Part shown: in pieces, positions 56,153 to 64,000 of the stretch
Position numbering within the stretch: the stretch's first letter is position 1
How the letters are laid out: each line of letters begins with the position of its first letter
Translations under genes and position numbers: made by a program
Source of the DNA: an uncultured Acidobacteriota bacterium
Lineage (GTDB): Bacteria > Acidobacteriota > Blastocatellia > RBC074
DNA length: 64,000 nt
Direction of reading: 5' to 3'
Assembly (NCBI GenBank): GCA_963796275.1
Contig: CAWCKY010000001.1
Coordinates: 544,001 to 608,000, forward strand
Notes under the pieces: model-generated
Database searches by the model: none
Told to the model about the DNA's origin: nothing
The model's input: only the letters and a program-made list of their open reading frames with translations

Positions 56153-57091
56153 ATGCCGCTTCATCGCAAAGACCTGCTTGGAATTTCCGACCTCAAAGTT
56201 GAGGAGATCAATCTCATCCTCGATACTGCTGAAACATTCCGCGACGTCAATCGGCGACAGATAAAGAAAGTCCCGACGCTGCGCGGCAAAACGATCATCA
56301 ATCTCTTCTTTGAAGCATCGACGCGTACTCGCACGAGCTTTGAAATTGCGGCGAAACGTCTGTCAGCCGATGCCATCAACATCTCGGCGTCGTCCTCGAG
56401 CGTAGTCAAAGGCGAGACATTGATCGACACGGCTATGAACCTGCAGGCGATGGCTCCGGATGCCATCGTCATTCGCCATTCATCATCCGGTGCGCCTCAT
56501 CAGATAGCACAGATCGTCAGCGCGGCAGTGATCAATGCCGGAGACGGGGCGCACGAGCATCCGACGCAGGCATTGCTCGACGCCATGACTATCCGGCAGA
56601 ACAAAGGCCGGATCGCAGGATTGAAGGTCGCAATCATCGGAGATGTGTTGCACAGCCGGGTGGCCCGCTCCAACGCGCATCTTCTCTCAAAACTCGATGC
56701 GCACGTCGTCCTGGCGGGTCCGCGAACCTTGTTGCCGCTGGGTTTTGAAAAACTGATAGAGCCATCCGAAGGCTCAGTCACCTTCGCCGCAAGCATCGAG
56801 GAGGCGATCAGGGATGCGGATGTCATCATGATGCTGCGCATCCAGCTCGAACGACAAGCCGGCGGATTCTTCCCCAGTCTGCGCGAATACTCGATCCACT
56901 TTGGTTTAAACCGCAGGCGCTTGCAGATGGCGAAGCCAGATGCGATCGTCCTGCATCCGGGCCCGATCAATCGCGGAGTCGAGATCGATTCGGATGTCGC
57001 AGATGGACCCTTCTCGCTCATTCTGGATCAGGTGAGCAATGGAGTTGCGGTGAGGATGGCAACCCTTTACTTGTTGGCAGGAGGAGACTAA
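56153..57091 (+). CDS. pyrB: Aspartate carbamoyltransferase
   Basis: [42 protein letters not shown]; start re-assigned to MPLHRK. Confidence 0.97.
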   Translation: MPLHRKDLLGISDLKVEEINLILDTAETFRDVNRRQIKKVPTLRGKTIINLFFEASTRTRTSFEIAAKRLSADAINISASSSSVVKGETLIDTAMNLQAMAPDAIVIRHSSSGAPHQIAQIVSAAVINAGDGAHEHPTQALLDAMTIRQNKGRIAGLKVAIIGDVLHSRVARSNAHLLSKLDAHVVLAGPRTLLPLGFEKLIEPSEGSVTFAASIEEAIRDADVIMMLRIQLERQAGGFFPSLREYSIHFGLNRRRLQMAKPDAIVLHPGPINRGVEIDSDVADGPFSLILDQVSNGVAVRMATLYLLAGGD

Positions 57092-57191
57092 AGGGAGAGA
57101 AAGACAAAGGCAAGAGGCGAAAACTGGATTTATGTCCTTTTTTCTATTGCAGCAATTGCCGCTTTTTCTATCTCCATTCACTATTCTATTT

Positions 57192-58469
57192 ATGTCATCA
57201 ATCTTGATAAGAAACGGTACGATCATCGACCCCTCACAATCCCTCGAAGCTCGCCGCGATCTGCTCATCAAAGATGGTCGAATCGCAGCAATTGAAGACA
57301 ATATCAAGGTGGAGGACATCGAGATATTTGAGGCCGATGGGTTTATCATCGCGCCCGGATTTATCGATCTTCACACCCATCTGCGCGAACCGGGGTTTGA
57401 ATATAAAGAGACGATTGAAACAGGGGCAAGGGCTGCCCTGGCCGGCGGGTTCACCGCGGTCTGCTGCATGCCGAATACGAAGCCCGTGAATGACAACTCA
57501 TCGGTCACCAGCTTCATTATCGAGCAGAGCAAAGCGGCCGGACTCGCTAACGTATTTCCCATCGGCGCTATCACGCAGGGATCGAAAGGCGAACAGCTGG
57601 CTGAAATCGGCGAAATGAAAAAGGCCGGAATCGTTGCGATCAGCGATGACGGAAAACCTGTGTGCGATGCGGGTCTGATGCGTAGGGCAATGGAATATTC
57701 GCGCGATTTCGACCTGCCGGTCGTCGATCATTGCGAAGATTGTTCGATAGCCCCGGGCTGGTCTATGCACGAAGGCAAATACTCGGCTCTGCTCGGTCTG
57801 AAAGGTTTGAGCGGAGCCGCCGAAGACTTGCACGTTGCGCGCGATAGCAGGTTGGCGGAAATGACGGGCGCGCGTGTCCATATAGCTCACATCTCGACCG
57901 CGAGGTCGGTTGATATAATGCGAGATGCGAAACGGCGCGGCCTGAATGTTACCTGTGAGGTCGCCCCTCATCATTTCACCATGACTGATGCCGATGTTTA
58001 CACGCGGAATTTCGATACGAACACCAAAATGGCCCCTCCCTTGCGAACACAAGAAGACCTCGAGGCGATCATCGAGGGTCTGCGCGATGGGACAATAGAT
58101 GCCATCGCTACAGACCACGCGCCTCACCACGCCAACGAAAAGATGCTCGAATACGATCACGCCCCCAATGGCATCCTCGGCCTGGAAACAGCAGTCAGTC
58201 TGACACTCGATCGCCTGGTTAATCGCGGAGTCATCACCCTGACCCGTATGGTCGAATTGCTCTCTTGTAATCCCGCGCGGATATTCAATCTCGATCGCGG
58301 AACCTTGAAGGTGGGCCGCGTCGCTGATGTATCTATATTCGATCCTCAACTTCAGATCCAAGTCGATTCTTCCAAATTCCTTTCGAAAAGCCGTAACACA
58401 CCATTCGATGGCTGGCTATTGAAAGGTGCTCCTGTCGCAGCTATTGTCGCCGGCCGAACCTCTAGATAG
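57192..58469 (+). CDS. pyrC: Dihydroorotase
   Basis: [38 protein letters not shown]; start re-assigned to MSSIL. Confidence 0.96.
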   Translation: MSSILIRNGTIIDPSQSLEARRDLLIKDGRIAAIEDNIKVEDIEIFEADGFIIAPGFIDLHTHLREPGFEYKETIETGARAALAGGFTAVCCMPNTKPVNDNSSVTSFIIEQSKAAGLANVFPIGAITQGSKGEQLAEIGEMKKAGIVAISDDGKPVCDAGLMRRAMEYSRDFDLPVVDHCEDCSIAPGWSMHEGKYSALLGLKGLSGAAEDLHVARDSRLAEMTGARVHIAHISTARSVDIMRDAKRRGLNVTCEVAPHHFTMTDADVYTRNFDTNTKMAPPLRTQEDLEAIIEGLRDGTIDAIATDHAPHHANEKMLEYDHAPNGILGLETAVSLTLDRLVNRGVITLTRMVELLSCNPARIFNLDRGTLKVGRVADVSIFDPQLQIQVDSSKFLSKSRNTPFDGWLLKGAPVAAIVAGRTSR

Positions 58470-58793
58470 GCTCTTTACCCGATGCCGGCGCTAATATCTA
58501 ATTCAACCAGATTTATTTATTCAAATTCTCACTTCTTCCTCTTTCAAATTTTCTCTTCCTTTATAATTATTTAGATTAGAATTCCTGTATCTTCACCTCC
58601 GGGCATCTTTCCGATCGACTAAATTCTCTTTTGACAAGAACTAAAAGATTAGCTTAGATATGCCTAGTTTTCTGAAACGCCCCTTTTGCCAAACTCCCCT
58701 GATGTGCCCCGTTTAATTTGCCCCGCGAGAAATCGCGCAGAGTCGGTTTCCCCCTCACTTAATCTTTAACAATTAATTAAGGAGTTTTTAGAT

Positions 58794-60383
58794 ATGCAGC
58801 AATTGGCACGTATTGGTGCATACCTGTGTTTGTGTCTCTTTTTATCAGTTAATTTAAATATCGATCGAGTATTTGGGCAATCAGCTGTTGATGGCAAGTA
58901 CGACATCGGTAATCCGACCGTAGTTGAGATATATCTCGATCCGGTCAACGGCAATGACACGAATGACGGGAAATCCAGGACGAACGCCTATAAAACGTTG
59001 AAGGCGGCTTGGGGAGTGATACCTGGCAACACGCAACTCACCAGTGGATACCGCATCAACATACTTCCAGGGGTTTTGAGTTGCCCAAGTAATTGCAATA
59101 ACTATCTGGCGCAAAAATATGGGACGAAACAATTTCCCATCATCTTGCGCGCGGCGGACGGAAGAGGCACGGTGACGATTCAGGGGGGATTGAACGTTTA
59201 TAAGGTGAATTTCCTATATCTGATCGATCTCAACATCGTAGCGGGCAACGGGGTTGGGGCATTTTCGAACAATGTGCTCCACTTCGAGAGGGTTTATCAC
59301 CTTCTTATGCGGGGCCTCACGGTGACGGGACTCAATCCCCAGGAATTTCAGGAAGTGATCAAGGCAAATCAATGTCAGGTAATCTATCTTGAAAATAGCG
59401 ACATCAGCGGATCGCGCAGCACGGCTGTCGATTTCTTCGCTGTTCAGTGGGGACACATCATCAACAATCGCATCCACAATGCTGGAACCTGGGGGATGTA
59501 TCTCAAGGGCGGGTCTGGATATTTTCGTATTGAGGGGAACGAAATCTACGACTCGATGTTCGGTTTTGGAGCTGGAGAAGGCAGCAACCTGTCGTATTTG
59601 GAACCCCCGTATCTGCACTATGAGGTGTACGACATAAAGTTCATCAACAATGTATTGCACGATATTCCAGGCACCGGGATAGCAGTTATGGGCGGATATA
59701 ACGTCCTGCTGGCGTATAACACGCTATACAAGATTGCCTATAACCAGGGACCGACTTATGGAATATTGACTCTCGGTTATGGGATCCGCATCTGCAATGA
59801 TGCGAACGGGTCGTGTAAAAAGATGACCGATATGGGCGCCTGGGGGGCGAGCGTTCCGCAGGATGCGTCCATATCGTATGTAATTCCGAACCGGAACGTT
59901 TATATTTACAATAACGTCCTCTATAACCCGACGCCTCAACAGACCACATATGGACACTTTGTGATCTATGGGCCTAAGGCGAAGCCCCCCACATTTCTGA
60001 ATATGCCGGAGACTCTGTCGACAGATCAGAACCTGCAAATCCGGGGGAATCTCATATGGAATGGGCCAACGAACCAGCAGCTTGGGATCGAATTGCCCGA
60101 TCGAGGCTGCCAATCTTCTAACTCTACCTGTAATTCCACGCAATTGCAGGTTGACAACACAATCAACGTGGTCGAGCCGAAACTGTTGAATCCAGCCCTT
60201 GGAGATTTCCATTTCGCGCCGGACTGCAATCTGGATAGAGCGAAGTCATATGCGATCCCTGATTTTAGCTGGGGCGATGCGCCAGCCGTAGATGTGGGGA
60301 ATTTGAGTAATGCCATCGCCAATGACCGTGACAGCCGATCTCGGGCGCGGACCAATGCGCCGGGGGCCTATATAAAACCCTAG
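58794..60383 (+). CDS. Secreted right-handed parallel beta-helix protein
   Basis: Signal peptide; GNDTNDG...YKTL, repeated I.NN.I/LH parallel-beta-helix turns, C-terminal DRD...R...PGAY; SD AAGGAG. Confidence 0.82.
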   Translation: MQQLARIGAYLCLCLFLSVNLNIDRVFGQSAVDGKYDIGNPTVVEIYLDPVNGNDTNDGKSRTNAYKTLKAAWGVIPGNTQLTSGYRINILPGVLSCPSNCNNYLAQKYGTKQFPIILRAADGRGTVTIQGGLNVYKVNFLYLIDLNIVAGNGVGAFSNNVLHFERVYHLLMRGLTVTGLNPQEFQEVIKANQCQVIYLENSDISGSRSTAVDFFAVQWGHIINNRIHNAGTWGMYLKGGSGYFRIEGNEIYDSMFGFGAGEGSNLSYLEPPYLHYEVYDIKFINNVLHDIPGTGIAVMGGYNVLLAYNTLYKIAYNQGPTYGILTLGYGIRICNDANGSCKKMTDMGAWGASVPQDASISYVIPNRNVYIYNNVLYNPTPQQTTYGHFVIYGPKAKPPTFLNMPETLSTDQNLQIRGNLIWNGPTNQQLGIELPDRGCQSSNSTCNSTQLQVDNTINVVEPKLLNPALGDFHFAPDCNLDRAKSYAIPDFSWGDAPAVDVGNLSNAIANDRDSRSRARTNAPGAYIKP

Positions 60384-60430
60384 GGCAAAGTGGGGTTAGC
60401 TTTATCCAGGGCCAGGCGTTAAGGACGGAA

Positions 60431-60468
60431 GAAAGAGGCAAAGAAAAAAGAGATTCTTTGCCTCTTTC
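60431..60468. terminator. Perfect 15-bp inverted repeat, probable terminator or REP-like hairpin
   Basis: GAAAGAGGCAAAGAA / TTCTTTGCCTCTTTC. Confidence 0.55.
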
Positions 60469-60614
60469 CTATTCTTACGAGTCTTAGCGGCATTGCGTGA
60501 TATCCGTATCTACGAGTGGATGGGGATATGAAGCTCCAGTATTGACAGTTGATGGTCATCCGGCCAAGACTATGCAGACCAATTTTCACTGTACTCATAT
60601 TGGGAGCTATTCAT

Positions 60615-61484
60615 ATGATCTGCACCCGGCGCAGCTTTATTAGACTAGGAGCGGCATCAGCGGTTTCGACCGTTTTAGCGGGCCGACATCTCATTGCTTA
60701 TGTGCAAGAGAAAGGTGTGAAATTCAAAGTCGGTGTAACCGATTGGAATCTCAGGCAGACGGCAAAGATTGAATCGGTTGCATTGGCTAGGAAGATCGGA
60801 TTCGATGGAGTGCAGATCAGTATAGGCAGGCAGATGCAATTGAAGGATGCGGCATTGCAACGGGCTTTTCTCGATGAAGCGAAGCGCGCGCAGTTTCCCA
60901 TCGCTTCCGTGTGCCTCGACATATTGCACGTCAATGGTTTGAAATCCGATCCGCTCGGTCAGCGCTGGGTTGCCGAGTCGATACCGATTGCGAAGGCGAT
61001 GGGAGTGCAAGTTATCCTGCTTCCTTTTTTCGGCAAGTGGGCGCTGCAGACGACAGATGAGATGGATTACGTCGGCGCTGCTCTGCGTGAGATTGCGCCC
61101 GAGGCAGAAAGAGCCGGGATAATTCTCGGGCTAGAAGATACGATATCTGCTAAAGACAACGTACGGATTATGGAGCGCACGAAATCACCCGCGGTGTTGA
61201 CGTACTACGATGTGGGCAACTCAACTCAGCAGGGCTTTAATATACTGGAAGAGATTCGCTGGCTGGGCCGTGAGAGGATCTGCGAGGTGCATTTGAAGGA
61301 TAACCCGAACTTCCTCGGTAAGGGCAAGATAGATTTTCCAGCCGTAGTCGATGCGCTGGCGGACATAGGCTTCGATAAATGGGCTCAGCTCGAGACCGAT
61401 AGTCCGACTCGTTCGATTGAAGATGATATGAATGTGAATCTCAAATATATTCGCGGCGTGATTGCAGACAGGGATAAGAGGTGA
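60615..61484 (+). CDS. Tat-exported sugar phosphate isomerase/epimerase (xylose-isomerase-like TIM barrel)
   Basis: TRRSFI twin-arginine signal; GFDGVQ, GLED, YYDVGN, VHLKD, G.G.IDF, QLE. Confidence 0.87.
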   Translation: MICTRRSFIRLGAASAVSTVLAGRHLIAYVQEKGVKFKVGVTDWNLRQTAKIESVALARKIGFDGVQISIGRQMQLKDAALQRAFLDEAKRAQFPIASVCLDILHVNGLKSDPLGQRWVAESIPIAKAMGVQVILLPFFGKWALQTTDEMDYVGAALREIAPEAERAGIILGLEDTISAKDNVRIMERTKSPAVLTYYDVGNSTQQGFNILEEIRWLGRERICEVHLKDNPNFLGKGKIDFPAVVDALADIGFDKWAQLETDSPTRSIEDDMNVNLKYIRGVIADRDKR

Positions 61485-62203
61485 CAGAAAACGGAATGCA
61501 GACCCCACCCTTGCTATCAATTCTGATGCCCGTATACAACGAGGTCAGGACGATCAAAGAGATAATCACGCGAGTTGGGGATGTCGAGCTCGGCGCAATT
61601 CGCAGAGAGTTAATAATTGTCGATGACTGTTCGACCGATGGCACTCGCGAAATATTGAAGGAGCTCAGTCAAAATCCGGCGCGCAAAATCTACTTTCACG
61701 GACAGAATATGGGCAAGGGGGCGGCGCTGCGCACGGCCCTGACCTATGCGACGGGTGATCTCATCATAATTCAGGATGCTGATCTCGAGTATGATCCCAA
61801 GGAATATGCTGAGTTGATCAAGCCGATCCTGGAGGGGCGCGCAGATGTCGTTTACGGGTCGCGACTCTCCGGCGCCAAGGTAAAGCGCGCATTTAATTAC
61901 TGGCATTATGTGGGCAATAAATTTCTGACCTTGATTACCAATCTGCTCTACAATTCTATCCTCTCGGATATGGAGACCTGTTACAAGGTATTTCGCGCGG
62001 ATGTGATCAAAAATATTCAGATAAAATCGAACCGATTCGACTTCGAGCCGGAGATCACTGCGAAAGTGCTCAAGCGCAAATATAAGCTTTATGAGATGCC
62101 GATTTCCTATTATGGACGCGATTTTTCCGAAGGTAAGAAGATCACCTGGCGCGATGGATTCGCGGCGGCCTGGGCCTTGATTAAGTACCGTTTTATAGAT
62201 TGA
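61481..62203 (+). CDS. Glycosyltransferase family 2 (DPM synthase-like)
   Basis: PVYNE, VDDCSTDGT, GKGAA, QDADLEY, DMETCYK. Confidence 0.94.
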   Translation: MTENGMQTPPLLSILMPVYNEVRTIKEIITRVGDVELGAIRRELIIVDDCSTDGTREILKELSQNPARKIYFHGQNMGKGAALRTALTYATGDLIIIQDADLEYDPKEYAELIKPILEGRADVVYGSRLSGAKVKRAFNYWHYVGNKFLTLITNLLYNSILSDMETCYKVFRADVIKNIQIKSNRFDFEPEITAKVLKRKYKLYEMPISYYGRDFSEGKKITWRDGFAAAWALIKYRFID

Positions 62204-62232
62204 TTTTGCCGTGGTAAAATTCGCGCCTAACT

Positions 62233-63216
62233 ATGACGCCAACCATATCAGTAATCCTCCCCGTCTATAATGAGCGAGAGACGCTCGAATTGCTCGCCTC
62301 GAGGCTCGTCCCGGTCCTCCAGGAGAACGCTAAAGGATCATTCGAGATAGTCTTCGTGGACGATGGCAGCCGCGATGGATCCGATCGGATCGTCGATTCG
62401 TTTCATGAAACGGATCCGAGAATCAAAGCGATCCATTTTTCACGGAACTTCGGGCATCAGGCCGCCCTGCAAGCAGGACTCGACGCAGCAACAGGCGATG
62501 CGGTGGTCTTAATGGATGCTGACCTCCAAGACCCGCCTGAGGTGCTCAATAAGTTTATCGAGCTTTGGAGAGAAGGCTACGATGTCGTCTATGCAGTGCG
62601 GAAAAAACGCAAAGAACGGATATTCAAGCGTGCTGCTTATGCCATGTTTTATCGCACTATGAAATTGATCGCCGAGATCGACGTGCCGCTGGATGCCGGT
62701 GATTTCTGCTTGATGGATCGACGGGTGGTCAACATTTTGACCTCTCTGCGGGAACGTAACCGGTTTTTGCGCGGATTGCGCAGCTGGATAGGCTTCAAGC
62801 AGATCGGCGTGGAATATGAACGTGATGCGCGCCATGCGGGCGACCCGAAGTATACTTTGCGGAAATTAATCGGCCTGGCGTTTTCCGGTTACATAGGGTT
62901 TTCGGCGATGCCGTTGCGGATGGCAGTCTGGTTTGGTCTGCTCGCCGCTGGTATGGGGTTTCTCGTGGCTGTCTGGGCGGTCTTCACCAAACTTGCCGGT
63001 ATCTACAGCCCGACAGGATGGGCATCGACGATTGCAGTGATCATGTTTATCGGCGGTGTGCAGCTATTGATGCTGGGTGTGATCGGTGAATATTTGAGTC
63101 GTGTTTACGATGAAGTCCGGCAGAGACCGCATTACATCGTCAGATCACAGGTGGGATTTAAACGGTCTGAAATCGAAGCTGACGAGAAGAGCGAATCGGC
63201 AGCTATAGCAACCTAA
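62233..63216 (+). CDS. Glycosyltransferase family 2 (GtrB/ArnC-like, two C-terminal TMs)
   Basis: VDDGSRD, SRNFGHQ, MDADLQDPP, GDF.LMDRRVV, GEYLSRVY. Confidence 0.94.
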   Translation: MTPTISVILPVYNERETLELLASRLVPVLQENAKGSFEIVFVDDGSRDGSDRIVDSFHETDPRIKAIHFSRNFGHQAALQAGLDAATGDAVVLMDADLQDPPEVLNKFIELWREGYDVVYAVRKKRKERIFKRAAYAMFYRTMKLIAEIDVPLDAGDFCLMDRRVVNILTSLRERNRFLRGLRSWIGFKQIGVEYERDARHAGDPKYTLRKLIGLAFSGYIGFSAMPLRMAVWFGLLAAGMGFLVAVWAVFTKLAGIYSPTGWASTIAVIMFIGGVQLLMLGVIGEYLSRVYDEVRQRPHYIVRSQVGFKRSEIEADEKSESAAIAT

Positions 63217-63248
63217 ATAAATATCAGCTTGAACGGTGAGTTTATCAG

Positions 63249-64000
63249 ATGAAGCGTCAGTTTGCGGAACAGTATGCAAATTTGGAGTCTTGGCATTGGT
63301 GGTTTCGTGGTCGCCAGCTCATTCTTGAAAGCGTATTGCGCTCACAATTGAATGGGAAAAAATCTTTTGCGATTGCTTCACTCGGTTGCGGACCCGCTGA
63401 AGGTTTGCTCTGGCTTAGACCATTCGCCGGGCCTGCCGGGCGCGTCGTCGGCATCGACGCCGAGCCCCTTCACGCACGCCAGAAGCCGCCAAACATAGAG
63501 TACGTCATAGGAAATATCGAGACTATTCCGATGGCTGACAGATCTTTCGATGCGGTCCTCGCCCTCGATGTGCTGGAGCATCTGGATGATGATGTTGCGG
63601 GGTTGCGTGAAGCCGCGAGATTGGTAAAGCCGGGAGGACTGCTGCTGATCACGGTTCCCGCTTTGCCGAGTCTATGGGGCGGGCAAGATGTAGTCAGCAA
63701 TCATCGTCGCCGTTACGTCAAGAAAACTCTGCGCGAAGTATTCAATCGCGCCGCACTCCCGCTCCCGCGAGTCACTTATTTCAATAGCTTGCTCTTCGCG
63801 CCGGTTGCCGGAGTACGATGGACTCGCCGATTATTGGGGCGGGAGGAGCGTGCGCGTAGTGATTTCGATGATTCTCGCCCTGGTCAGGTGAACAATATTC
63901 TAACCGGTATCTTTGCCGCCGAGCAGCATCTGGTAAATCGAATCTCGCTCCCCATCGGAGTCAGTCTGCTTGCGACCTTACGTATAGATGCAGCCAGATA
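63249..64000 (+). CDS. Class I SAM-dependent methyltransferase; the window ends probably within its stop codon
   Basis: MKRQFAEQYANLESWHWWFRGR, LGCGP, DVLEHLDDD, LVKPGG, TVPA...HRRRY. Missing from the ORF track because no complete stop lies inside the window. Confidence 0.9.
   Translation, partial: MKRQFAEQYANLESWHWWFRGRQLILESVLRSQLNGKKSFAIASLGCGPAEGLLWLRPFAGPAGRVVGIDAEPLHARQKPPNIEYVIGNIETIPMADRSFDAVLALDVLEHLDDDVAGLREAARLVKPGGLLLITVPALPSLWGGQDVVSNHRRRYVKKTLREVFNRAALPLPRVTYFNSLLFAPVAGVRWTRRLLGREERARSDFDDSRPGQVNNILTGIFAAEQHLVNRISLPIGVSLLATLRIDAAR

Overview
Gene-dense chromosomal window of roughly mid-50s% GC (estimated by eye). The GWxTD protein, WxYERGSWQYD-type protein, tandem DUF3108 protein and heptamer-based intergenic palindromes suggest an Acidobacteriota (probably Blastocatellia) genome; this taxonomy is inference. 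Contents in order: F420 genes cofD (partial, frameshifted) and cofC; a Lol-like export operon (lipoprotein, ABC permease, ATPase, small membrane protein, LolA); a GWxTD protein; ftsH and tilS; an M1 aminopeptidase and a sirtuin; an Lrp-associated Phe/Tyr homogentisate operon (ilvE-like, acyl-CoA synthetase, phhA, hppD, hmgA, unknown, fahA); cyclophilin, Cof HAD and SYLF genes; a DUF4129/DUF4350 trio; rpmB; a secreted ASKHA protein with a TonB-C protein; a coiled-coil/SPOR/amidase/volactin-like actin run; a sigma54 two-component system; thiG, a DnaJ-domain protein and FTR1 with a Fur-type box; a divergent pyr cluster; and glycosyltransferases. No rRNA, tRNA, CRISPR array or transposase was recognised. 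Top leads: (1) a ~440-nt unannotated, highly structured, possibly pseudoknotted element at 7476-7914 between two convergent terminators; (2) a volactin/Mad28-like actin next to peptidoglycan-remodelling genes; (3) an uncharacterised enzyme in the slot of the missing maleylacetoacetate isomerase; (4) a Lol-like operon with a candidate LolB substitute. All family assignments come from motif recognition, not database searches.
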